Shown here: piece by piece, positions 9,414 through 18,579 of the stretch
How the letters are laid out: each line of letters opens with the position of its first letter
How positions within the stretch are numbered: position 1 is the first letter of the stretch
Origin: an uncultured Chitinophagales bacterium
GTDB lineage: Bacteria; Bacteroidota; Ignavibacteria; UBA10030; UBA6906
Assembly: GCA_964538485.1 (NCBI GenBank)
Contig: CAZIHJ010000007.1
Location: 1 to 52,466 of the forward strand
Direction of reading: 5' to 3'
DNA: 52,466 nt
Notes under the pieces: model-generated
What the model was told of the DNA's origin: nothing
The model's input: the letters and a program-made list of their open reading frames with translations, nothing else
Database searches by the model: none
Made by a program: the position numbers and the translations under genes

Positions 9414-10828
9414 TCGATAGCCAGTCACATATTATCCTTGACAATACACTTCTCAAACGCATTGGTGGGGTGGGGGATGAAGTTGGCGCGGAAGTGTTTG
9501 TTGTAGGTGGTTATGTGCGTGATACGCTACTCGGGTTGAATGGAAAGGATATCGATATTCTTGTCATCGGCGATGGAGTGTCCTTTGCGCGTGCTGTTGC
9601 GCGTTCACTCGGTGTACACACTGTCGTCGTTCATGAGAAATTCGGCACTGCCTTGGTTCCTGTTGACGGCGGAAAGGTGGAATTCGTAGGTGCAAGGAAG
9701 GAGCACTATATCCCCGAGTCGCGGAAGCCGATGGTGCAAGGTGGAACCCTCGAGGAAGACCTGGCGCGACGGGATTTTACGGTGAACGCGCTTGCCGTCT
9801 CGTTGAATGATCGCTCGTACGGCCGACTTCTTGACCCATTCAATGGGCGCCAGGATTTGCGGGATAAGATTCTTCGTACGCCACTGGATCCTCTGACGAC
9901 ATTTGGGGATGATCCGTTACGCATCATGCGGGCGATCAGGTTTGCCTCACAGCTTCAGTTTGATATTGACGAGCAGGCACTTCAGGGCGTGCGTTTGATG
10001 GCACCAAGACTTTCCATTATTTCCCAGGAGCGGATTACCGATGAGTTGCTGAAGATCCTGAGAACACCAAAACCCTCCGTCGGGTTACGATTGATGTTTG
10101 ATACGGGCGTGATGCAGATTGTCTTACCGGAAGTTGCGCAGATGGCTGGTGTTGATCAACGGAAAGATCATCATCATAAAGACGTCTTCCTGCATACCTG
10201 CATTGTTGTGGACAATATTGCACAAACAACAGATAATGTCTGGCTGCGATTAGTTGCCCTCATGCATGATATTGCCAAGCCAAGAACGAAAGCATTCAAA
10301 GAGGGTATCGGGTGGACGTTCCACGGACACGAGGAACTTGGTGCACGCATGATGAAATCCATCTTCCGGAAACTAAAACTTCCAATGGATCCGCTGCCAT
10401 ATGTAGAGAAACTCGTTCGCTTGCATTTGCGGCCGATGGTTCTTGTGGATGAAATTGTGACTGATTCCGCGGTACGCAGGCTCGTATTCGAGGCAGGCAA
10501 CGATGTTGACGATTTGATGAAACTCTGTCGTGCAGACATTACCTCCAAGAATCCCCGCCTCGTGGAGAGATATCTCCGCAACTACGATGTCGTGATGCAG
10601 AAAATTGTTGAAGTGGAGGAGAAGGACAAGCTTCGCAACTGGCAGCCTCCGGTCAAAGGGGAGGAAATCATGGCAGTCTGTGGTCTCCCACCCGGAAAAG
10701 CGATCGGCCTCCTCAAAACAGCAATTGAAGAAGCGGTTCTCGACGGCCGGATTCCGAATGAACATGATGCCGCGCTGGAGTACTTGTTACAAGTGAAAGA
10801 TGACATTCTCTCCCTGGCTCAGAAATAG
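9410..10828 (+). CDS. cca: Class II CCA-adding tRNA nucleotidyltransferase with HD domain
   Basis: VGGYVRD, DID catalytic motif, RKEHY loop, EEDLARRDFTVNA, DDPLRIMRAIRFA, LMHDIAKP HD motif; GTGA overlap with the upstream gene. Confidence 0.9.
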   Translation: MIDSQSHIILDNTLLKRIGGVGDEVGAEVFVVGGYVRDTLLGLNGKDIDILVIGDGVSFARAVARSLGVHTVVVHEKFGTALVPVDGGKVEFVGARKEHYIPESRKPMVQGGTLEEDLARRDFTVNALAVSLNDRSYGRLLDPFNGRQDLRDKILRTPLDPLTTFGDDPLRIMRAIRFASQLQFDIDEQALQGVRLMAPRLSIISQERITDELLKILRTPKPSVGLRLMFDTGVMQIVLPEVAQMAGVDQRKDHHHKDVFLHTCIVVDNIAQTTDNVWLRLVALMHDIAKPRTKAFKEGIGWTFHGHEELGARMMKSIFRKLKLPMDPLPYVEKLVRLHLRPMVLVDEIVTDSAVRRLVFEAGNDVDDLMKLCRADITSKNPRLVERYLRNYDVVMQKIVEVEEKDKLRNWQPPVKGEEIMAVCGLPPGKAIGLLKTAIEEAVLDGRIPNEHDAALEYLLQVKDDILSLAQK

Positions 10829-10838
10829 ACTTTTCCGA

Positions 10839-10868
10839 TGAAACTTTTGCTTCCAGAATAACGTCTAA
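10839..10868 (+). promoter_or_regulatory. ECF sigma-type promoter (TGAAAC ... CGTCTAA) upstream of the TolC-MacAB operon
   Basis: TGAAACTTTTGCTTCCAGAATAACGTCTAA = AAC-N18-GTCTAA with a T-tract after -35; same architecture upstream of both ECF genes. Confidence 0.7.
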
Positions 10869-10937
10869 TCTCTTGACATTACTGTACAAGAGGTGGCTTT
10901 TTCCTCCCGAAATCCCACTAAATCGATGGAGTCAGAT

Positions 10938-12302
10938 ATGAGATCCCTGGCAATAACCGGTAGTATTGTGATGGCCGGACTGCTTCTGTTTGTGAATCTG
11001 GGTGCTGCCCAGCAAAAAACGCTGACGCTTGATCAGGCGAAACAGATCGCTCTCGAGCAAAATCTCAATGTTGTTCAGGCACAGAACAATGTTGAATCAG
11101 CGCAGGCTCGAGCGCTCGCTGCACGCGGCGAGTACCTGCCATTTGTTTCGGCGTCCGCCAATTGGAGGAGATCTCAAAATGATAGCCCCGGAGGGTCATC
11201 GGTGGTCTTATCCAGTGGCCAGATCATTCCGGGATCGTCCGGGTTCAGCGTGAATAATTCCTTCTCAACAGGTATTGATCTGAGCTATACGATTTTCGAC
11301 GGTTTCCGCCGCGAGGGAAATCTCGGGGCAGCGACTTCGAATGCTGTTGCTTCGGAACATACGTCCACCCGTGCACGCCAGACAGTCATTTACCAAACGG
11401 AATCCGCGTACATCAGTGTCCTCAGGAACGAGCAGCTCGTAAAGGTCAGCGAGGAGAATCTTAAACGTGACCTCAGGCAGTTGGAGCGTATTACGGAAGC
11501 AAATCGTGTAGGAGCGCTTTCTCTTGCAGACGTATATCGCCAACAATCACAAGTTGCCCAGGATGAACTGACCCTGATCCGTGCTCAGAACGACTATGAT
11601 AAATCCAAAGCAGATTTCGTTGCGCTCATTGGCCTGGATGTGTTTGAAGAGTATCTGTTCACCGATCCCGGATTGGAGAGTCAACTTGCAGCTCTTGAGA
11701 ATGGTGTACCTTCCACGACGCAACCGCACAACGTGGGTGAGCTTACTCAGCGTGCAATTGCAGCGCGTCCTGACTATCTCAGCGTTCAGGAAGGATACGA
11801 TGCGGCAGAGTCCGGCGTCTCCTCGGCACGTGCGGGGTATCTGCCGACCATCTCAGCGTCGGCCGGGTATTCACTGTCGAATGACCGCCTTTCCCGGATT
11901 ACGGACAACAAGTCACTGAACTGGGGTATTGGACTTCGCTGGAATCTGTTTGATGGGTTTCAGACGAACCAGTCTCTGCAAGCGGCAATTGTGCAACGGC
12001 GAAATGCAGAGGTGTCGATGCACCAGGCGCAGCGTGATATCAGTGTCGAGATGAAGAAAGCATTACTGGACCTGGATGCTGCAGGCAAGGCCCTTGAAGC
12101 AAGTCTGAAAGGACTGAAGTCCGCCCAGGAGGATCGCAAGATTGCAGAGGAACGGTACAACCTTGGTGCCGGAACACTTTTGGACCTCTTGACGGCAAGT
12201 GCCGGCTACGTCAGCGCGCAAGCGAACAAGGTGAACGCTGCCTATGGATATATCATAGCACAGCGGAATATCGAGTACGTGCTCGGTGAACGTACCTACT
12301 AA
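10938..12302 (+). CDS. TolC-family outer membrane efflux protein
   Basis: Signal peptide, two OEP repeats (YLPFVS, YLPTIS), ERYNLGAGTLLDLL; GGAG SD before ATG 10938. Confidence 0.92.
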   Translation: MRSLAITGSIVMAGLLLFVNLGAAQQKTLTLDQAKQIALEQNLNVVQAQNNVESAQARALAARGEYLPFVSASANWRRSQNDSPGGSSVVLSSGQIIPGSSGFSVNNSFSTGIDLSYTIFDGFRREGNLGAATSNAVASEHTSTRARQTVIYQTESAYISVLRNEQLVKVSEENLKRDLRQLERITEANRVGALSLADVYRQQSQVAQDELTLIRAQNDYDKSKADFVALIGLDVFEEYLFTDPGLESQLAALENGVPSTTQPHNVGELTQRAIAARPDYLSVQEGYDAAESGVSSARAGYLPTISASAGYSLSNDRLSRITDNKSLNWGIGLRWNLFDGFQTNQSLQAAIVQRRNAEVSMHQAQRDISVEMKKALLDLDAAGKALEASLKGLKSAQEDRKIAEERYNLGAGTLLDLLTASAGYVSAQANKVNAAYGYIIAQRNIEYVLGERTY

Positions 12303-12353
12303 CAGGTGTCCGATCAAAGTTTGATTCCACTCAACGAAAGGAGTGTTTGAATT

Positions 12354-13625
12354 ATGTCCGTAAAGAAATCAAAGAAAAAACTCTTCATCTTCTCCGGCAT
12401 CGGGTTGGTTGTGATTGCTCTGGTTTTGATTCTGTTCCTCGGGAGCAAAAAAGAGACCGTTGTCGCGATCCAAGTCGAGAAGGTAAAGCGTCACACCATT
12501 ACACAAGTGGTGACGGCAACTGGAAAGATCCAGCCGGAAGTTCAGGTGAAGATCTCTCCTGAAGTTAGCGGCGAGATTGTTGCGCTGCCGGTGAAAGAGG
12601 GTCAAAAGGTGAAGAAGGGTGATCTCTTGATGAAGATCAAGCCCGACACCTATGTGGCCCAGCGGGATCAATTTGCTGCAGGGCTGCTTTCTGCAAAGGC
12701 GGCGCTCAGCCGGACCGAGCCGGAGTTCAAACGCTTCGATGAACTCTATAAGAAGAATCTTGTGTCAGAGGCCGAATACGATCAGGCAAGGGCTTCATAC
12801 GAATCAAGCAAGGCACAATACGCGCAGGCAAGGGCGTCGCTGGATCAGGCGGAAGAAAGTCTGAGAAAAACAACGGTGTTTGCCCCAATGGATGGCACTA
12901 TCAGCCAGCTAAATTCCGAACTTGGCGAGCGTGTGTTGGGGACACAACAGTTTCAGGGTACAGACGTCATGACTGTTGCTGACCTTAGCCGCATGGAGGC
13001 CCGTGTTGATGTGAGCGAAACAGATGTAGTGTTGCTCTCTGTCGGTGATACAGCGCGTATTACGGTGGATGCCATGCCCGAACGCAAAGTAAACGCCATC
13101 ATTTATGAAATCGCAAACACGGCTAACACCAAAGGACTCGGAACGCAGGAGGAAGTGACGAATTTTCAAGTGAAGATGCGGATTATCGATAAGGGTGTAA
13201 CATTGCGCCCGGGGATGTCGATGACAGCAGATATTGAAACAGAGACAAAGCAGAATGTGCTCGCTGTACCGATTCAAAGTGTCACAACCCGTGCTCCGAA
13301 AATGGAACAGAAGGAGGGGGAAAAGGACGGGCAGCAGGGCGAATTCGTGGTGAATGGTGGCGGATCCGGTCCGGGTAATGGTGGAATGAAACCGCGCGAG
13401 GTAGTATTTGTAATGGAAAATGGCGCGGTGAAGACCATGCAAGTGAAACGTGGTATCAGTAATGCCTCGCACGTTGAAATCATCGAAGGGATTGATGAAG
13501 GTGCTGAGGTTGTCTCCGGGAGCTACAAAGCGATCAATCGCGAGCTGGAGGATGGTACCAAGGTTCGCATTGAAGAACCGCGCAACCAACGTACTGGTGG
13601 CGGACCTCAGGCAGAGAACGCATAA
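12354..13625 (+). CDS. MacA-like periplasmic adaptor (membrane fusion protein)
   Basis: N-terminal anchor, [21 protein letters not shown] lipoyl motif, coiled-coil hairpin, [15 protein letters not shown]. Confidence 0.92.
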   Translation: MSVKKSKKKLFIFSGIGLVVIALVLILFLGSKKETVVAIQVEKVKRHTITQVVTATGKIQPEVQVKISPEVSGEIVALPVKEGQKVKKGDLLMKIKPDTYVAQRDQFAAGLLSAKAALSRTEPEFKRFDELYKKNLVSEAEYDQARASYESSKAQYAQARASLDQAEESLRKTTVFAPMDGTISQLNSELGERVLGTQQFQGTDVMTVADLSRMEARVDVSETDVVLLSVGDTARITVDAMPERKVNAIIYEIANTANTKGLGTQEEVTNFQVKMRIIDKGVTLRPGMSMTADIETETKQNVLAVPIQSVTTRAPKMEQKEGEKDGQQGEFVVNGGGSGPGNGGMKPREVVFVMENGAVKTMQVKRGISNASHVEIIEGIDEGAEVVSGSYKAINRELEDGTKVRIEEPRNQRTGGGPQAENA

Positions 13626-13645
13626 CCGACATCAGGGAAAACACA

Positions 13646-14356
13646 ATGAATGTCATCGACCTCAAGAATATTACCAAGACCTACGATATGGGAGGAGCCG
13701 AGCAAGTGCAAGCATTGCGCGGAGCGTCACTCTCAATCGGTAAGAATGAATATGTTGCCATCATGGGTCCATCGGGTTCCGGAAAATCAACACTCATGAA
13801 CGTTATTGGCTGTCTTGATACGCCGACATCCGGACTGTACGAATTTAACGGTGTTAACGTCAGCGATATGGATGACAACGAGCTGGCAAAGATTCGGAAC
13901 AAAGAAATCGGGTTTGTTTTTCAGACATTCAACCTTCTTCCCCGGTCCGATGCTCTGCATAATGTTGAGCTTCCGTTGATCTATGCCGGCATCAATGCGG
14001 GCGAACGCCGGAGACGTGCGGAGGAAAAGCTGCAACACGTGGGTCTTGGCGATCGGATTCACCACAAGCCCAATGAACTTTCCGGAGGCCAGCGCCAGCG
14101 TGTCGCTGTTGCCCGTGCGCTTGTGACTAATCCGTCAATCATTCTTGCGGACGAGCCGACTGGAAATCTGGACTCCAAAACCGGCGAAGAAATCATGGGC
14201 CTGTTTGAAGAGCTTCACCGTCAGGGGAATACCATCATTCTCGTAACCCACGAAGCAGAGATTGCCGAGCACGCGCATCGCACGATCCGTCTGCGTGACG
14301 GGAAAATCGAAAGCGACGAGAAAGTCCTCAAACGAAAAACCTACGCTGTTGCATAA
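13646..14356 (+). CDS. MacB/LolD-type ABC transporter ATP-binding protein
   Basis: [44 protein letters not shown]. Confidence 0.95.
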   Translation: MNVIDLKNITKTYDMGGAEQVQALRGASLSIGKNEYVAIMGPSGSGKSTLMNVIGCLDTPTSGLYEFNGVNVSDMDDNELAKIRNKEIGFVFQTFNLLPRSDALHNVELPLIYAGINAGERRRRAEEKLQHVGLGDRIHHKPNELSGGQRQRVAVARALVTNPSIILADEPTGNLDSKTGEEIMGLFEELHRQGNTIILVTHEAEIAEHAHRTIRLRDGKIESDEKVLKRKTYAVA

Positions 14357-14374
14357 CCAGCAAACGGAGGAAGA

Positions 14375-15604
14375 GTGTATTTGCTGACAGAGTTACAGGA
14401 AGGCCTCGCCATCTCGCTCAGGGCAATCCGGGCCAACAAGATGCGCTCTGTGCTCACCATGATGGGAATTTTCATCGGGATTCTTGCCGTGACAGGTATG
14501 GCGACCGCCATTGATTTTATCAATAAGGCGTTTGAGCGAAGTGCTTCGGCATTTGGCACAGAGACGATGTATGTCGAGAAATTCCCGTGGGTTTCGAATG
14601 ACGACTGGTCAACAATGCGCTACAGTGGTGATTTATAAGTTGAGTATGCTGATTTGTTGCAGATTCATGCATCGCTTTTGGAGGCGGTAACTTCTGTGTT
14701 GGGGACGCGTCGCCCGGTCAAGTTTGAAGGGAATCAGATGGAAAGCGCGATCATCACCGGAACCACGTCCGCGTACATGAAGACCTCCGGCAATTCCTCC
14801 ATCGATGGCAGGTTTTTCTCCGAAGAAGAGTCGTCGGGAGGGAGACCGGTATGCGCTATTGGTGCAATCGTTGCTGAAAACCTTTTCCCGAAGGGGGACC
14901 CCATTGGCAAGGTAATCCGTGTCGGAGGACATCCTTACACAGTATTAGGAGTGTTTGAGAAGCAGGGTGGTATGTTTGGAGAGTTTACCAGCGATACCAG
15001 GGTGTTTGTCCCTCTTCATTCTTTTATCAGCCATTTTGGTGGTCGCCGGTACGTCTCCATTCAGATCAAGGCCGTAAGTCAAAGAGCAATGGAAGATGCC
15101 AGACTTGAGGCAGAAGGCATTATGAGGAACATTCGACGCGTTCCTCCCGGCGCTCCCAGTGATTTTAGCATCAACGCTTCAGATCAGCTCACCAATTTCT
15201 TCGGACCCGTCAGTCTCACTATTGGTGCTATTGGTTTATTCATAACAGGATTGTCCCTCTTTGTCGGTGGAATTGGCATCATGAATATCATGTTCGTCTC
15301 GGTCACCGAACGCACGCGGGAGATTGGCATCCGTAAGGCCATCGGGGCAAAGAGACGGGCCATACTCCTTCAATTCCTTACCGAGGCCATTGTGCTGTGT
15401 ATTGTGGGAAGTTTGATCGGCCTTTTCGTTTCATTTATTCTTGTTCTTATTGTCAGTAACATGATGGACCTTGAAGCATCCATGCCATTTGCTGTGGTGA
15501 TTGTCGCACTGGTTGTTTCGGTTGTGGTGGGAGTCGTTTCCGGATTTCTCCCTGCCTATCGTGCTGCAAAAATGGACCCCGTGGAGGCATTACGATATGA
15601 GTAA
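14375..15604 (+). pseudogene. MacB/FtsX-type ABC permease interrupted by one in-frame TAA at 14636-14638 (pseudogene or sequencing error)
   Basis: ORFs 14375-14638 and 14654-15604 share a frame. The first has ANKMRSVLTMMGIFIG (TM1); the second has GIGIMNIMFVSVTERTREIGIRKAIGA and PVEALRYE. Confidence 0.75.
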
Positions 15605-16856
15605 AACCTTGCTTGATCTTGCGATGTTCAAGGAAAGCCTCGCAATGGCCTTGAATGCAGTTCGTACCAACAAGCTTCGTTCAGCCCTTACTCTGGTGGG
15701 TATTGTTGTCGGCATTTTTTCGATCATTTCTGTTATGACGGCAATGGGTGTACTCCGTAATGCCATTGAAGAGGGCATTATGCAGCTTGGAGCAAACACG
15801 GTGCAACTCCAGAAGTTTCCTCCCGGTGGGCCCGGTGGTGGGGAACGGTGGAGATTCCGTAACCGGAAGAACATCACTTACGAGCAGGCACTGCAGATTC
15901 GGAACAAAGCAACCCTCGCGGAAGCAGTTGGCATCGAAGCATGGGAGTTTGGGAGGATAATCTGGTGGAGCGGACAGAAAACCAATCCCAATGTTTCCGT
16001 CGCGGGCGAGAACCCCGAGGGACTGATAACAAATGACTGGGTCGTTGATAATGGCCGTGGTATTACCAACGAAGACATGGATCTTGGCCGTGACGTGGTG
16101 GTGATTGGGAATCCGGTTGCAGAAAAGCTCTTTCCCCCGAGTATTAATCCGCTCGGTGAGACAGTACGTATTGATGGGTCAATGTATCAGGTGATCGGTG
16201 TTCTGAAACCGAAAGGTGGTGTTCTTGGGGACGGCGACCAGGATAATCTTGTTATCATGCCCATCACCACGTTTTTCCAGAAATATGGAAAAGACAAAGA
16301 CATCCATGTGATGGTAAAGGCATACAGCCGCGAAGTTGTAGACGATGCCATTGAGCAATCCCGCATGATTCTTCGTGCCGCACGCAAAGTCCCGCCTGGT
16401 GCCGAGGATGACTTTGGATACTTTTCCAACGACTCCATCCTGAAGCAGTTTAATGAGTTCACGCTGTATTTTCGCATTGGTGTCCTTGTTATCAGTTCTA
16501 TTGCACTTCTCGCGGCCGGCGTCGGCATTATGAATATCATGCTTGTCTCGGTAACGGAGCGGACACGTGAAATTGGCATCCGCAAGGCAATCGGAGCGCA
16601 AAAGAGAGACGTCCTCTCACAGTTTATTATCGAAGCGATCATTCTTTGTCAGATTGGAGGCGTTCTTGGCGTTCTCCTCGGTATCATTGTTGGGAACGTT
16701 GTCATCGGGCTTTGGTTGGGGACGTCGATTGTAATTCCGTGGGATTGGGCTGTGATTGGAGTTGTAGTGTGTTCGCTTGTAGGGATGATCTTTGGCGTCT
16801 ATCCTGCGTGGAAAGCATCGACACTCGATCCCATCGAGGCATTGCGCTACGAATAA
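15597..16856 (+). CDS. MacB/FtsX-type ABC permease (second permease)
   Basis: NKLRSALTLVGIVVG, GVGIMNIMLVSVTERTREIGIRKAIGA, LDPIEALRYE; ATG 15597 overlaps the upstream stop region. Confidence 0.93.
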   Translation: MSKTLLDLAMFKESLAMALNAVRTNKLRSALTLVGIVVGIFSIISVMTAMGVLRNAIEEGIMQLGANTVQLQKFPPGGPGGGERWRFRNRKNITYEQALQIRNKATLAEAVGIEAWEFGRIIWWSGQKTNPNVSVAGENPEGLITNDWVVDNGRGITNEDMDLGRDVVVIGNPVAEKLFPPSINPLGETVRIDGSMYQVIGVLKPKGGVLGDGDQDNLVIMPITTFFQKYGKDKDIHVMVKAYSREVVDDAIEQSRMILRAARKVPPGAEDDFGYFSNDSILKQFNEFTLYFRIGVLVISSIALLAAGVGIMNIMLVSVTERTREIGIRKAIGAQKRDVLSQFIIEAIILCQIGGVLGVLLGIIVGNVVIGLWLGTSIVIPWDWAVIGVVVCSLVGMIFGVYPAWKASTLDPIEALRYE

Positions 16857-17025
16857 ATCGAATCCCATAAGGATTGTTCGCGCAGACACGAAACTGGGCG
16901 TAGCGTTCAGCATGTCCTGGTTTGGAGGTCTCCGGTATTGAGTCCTTCTTGATTTTGCCCTCCATTTTCTTATCTTTTTCCTGCAATTAGTATTTCTCTC
17001 CTCTGAAGAGGCGCCGACAAATCGC

Positions 17026-18579
17026 GTGTGGTTGAAGTTCTCCCTGCATACACTCCAGGTAATACTCATCGTTGCGTCCGTGATTTCAAGACCGTTCCTT
17101 TCAGCCCAGGAATTGCCCTCCAGTCCGGTTTTCAAGAGCTATCGCACTCCCGGTCTCGGTGCGCTCGTCGTACAATCCGACGCCACATATCAGATGTGGC
17201 AGACGTTCCAATTAACACAGAAGGCAAACGCCGGAGATGCTCTTGCACAGCATGAACTCGGCATCAGATACCTCATAGGTCGTGGTGTTCAAGCCGATAC
17301 CGCAAAGGGAGCATATTGGACACTCAAAGCCGCGGCCCAACAACTGTTGCCGGCGCGATTCAACCATGGCATCCTCCTGCAGAATGGTTGGGGAGTGGAG
17401 TGGAGTCCGTTCAAGGCGTATGAAGAATTTGCGTGGTGCGCCGAACGTGGAATGCCGGAGGCGCAGTATGCAATGGCTCAGTTTCTCACGGATAACATCA
17501 TTGTTCCACGTAACCGGGCTGAGGCCTATAAGTGGGTGAAGGCCGCCGCAGACTCGGGATTTGAACCGGCAAAGGAAGTTCTACCCGATTTTATTAAACG
17601 TGGCTACGGAGTTGATTCATCATCGGTATTGCCGGTCATACACTCCCCATCGTTGCAGCCGCGATTGCAATGGACTCCGGTATTTCTGGATTTTGATGCG
17701 GATACCTTGAGCAAAGTGCAAGACGGTACTTTGCTTAAGGATCTTCTCCGTGAAGCATCGCCAGCACTGCAGCAGGCTCTTGGCAATCAAACAACAGATA
17801 CATCTCTGGTCATGGATAGCGTTGCGATCCAGTTTGTGAATCGGGCAGCCAATGCAGGAAGTCCCGAGGCCCTCGTTGTGCTTGGACGTTGTTATGAAAA
17901 AGGGATATTTGTTGAGAAGAGCGCCGTAAAAGCAATAATGTTCTATGTCCAGGCTGTGCGGTTTGATTCCCCACACGCACGAGAGTTGTTGTGGACAGTC
18001 TTGGAGCACCAGCCCTCAGTTGCGACATTGAAAGCTCATGCTGCGCGCGGAGATCAAGACGCAATGTTCAGTCTTGCTGCGCTTGCCGCCCTTGGACTTC
18101 AGCATCCGTTGTTGAGCAGTCAGTCTGCTGTAACGGAAGCGCAGGCTTTAGAATTGCTTGAGTCGTCATCGAAAACCGGTCATATACCTTCGATGATCGA
18201 ATTGGGTCTTTGCCACTTTTCGGGGCGTTGGGTGAAGGAGGACAGGATTCGGGCCCTGAGTATTTGGTCGGATGCCGAACACCTGGGAAGTCTTGATGCC
18301 GCGGTTCGGGTTGCCGCAACGCTTGTCATCAATTCAAGAATCGCCTCTGATTCCCTTGTGGAAACTCTTCAAACAGGTATTAAGGAGGGCTCGGTCCTGG
18401 CACAGGTTGCCGTTGGTTACTGTTTTGAGCACGGAGTGGGCGTCGAACGCAGGAAGGGAGAAGCAGCGCGATGGTATCGTATCGCTGCATCACGTGGAAG
18501 TCAGGATGGATACAGGGCGCTCATCCGCCTTCATGATGAGATTCGTCCCGAGGAAGTCCGTTATCGTATTACCGATTAG
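17026..18579 (+). CDS. Secreted Sel1-repeat (SLR/TPR) protein
   Basis: Signal peptide, repeated AQHELGIRYLIGRGV, AQYAMAQF, ALVVLGRCYEKG and AQVAVGYCFEHGVGV motifs. Confidence 0.85.
   Translation: MWLKFSLHTLQVILIVASVISRPFLSAQELPSSPVFKSYRTPGLGALVVQSDATYQMWQTFQLTQKANAGDALAQHELGIRYLIGRGVQADTAKGAYWTLKAAAQQLLPARFNHGILLQNGWGVEWSPFKAYEEFAWCAERGMPEAQYAMAQFLTDNIIVPRNRAEAYKWVKAAADSGFEPAKEVLPDFIKRGYGVDSSSVLPVIHSPSLQPRLQWTPVFLDFDADTLSKVQDGTLLKDLLREASPALQQALGNQTTDTSLVMDSVAIQFVNRAANAGSPEALVVLGRCYEKGIFVEKSAVKAIMFYVQAVRFDSPHARELLWTVLEHQPSVATLKAHAARGDQDAMFSLAALAALGLQHPLLSSQSAVTEAQALELLESSSKTGHIPSMIELGLCHFSGRWVKEDRIRALSIWSDAEHLGSLDAAVRVAATLVINSRIASDSLVETLQTGIKEGSVLAQVAVGYCFEHGVGVERRKGEAARWYRIAASRGSQDGYRALIRLHDEIRPEEVRYRITD

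Noticed and set aside
14636-14638. Genetic-code reassignment or selenocysteine/pyrrolysine readthrough as the cause of the permease stop
   Set aside because: The codon is TAA, and all three stop codons terminate genes normally elsewhere in the window.
16702-16986. 94-aa minus-strand ORF with a GAGGAG SD-like sequence upstream
   Set aside because: TTG start, 155-nt antisense overlap with the permease, no recognisable motifs; the region is more simply the Sel1 upstream region.
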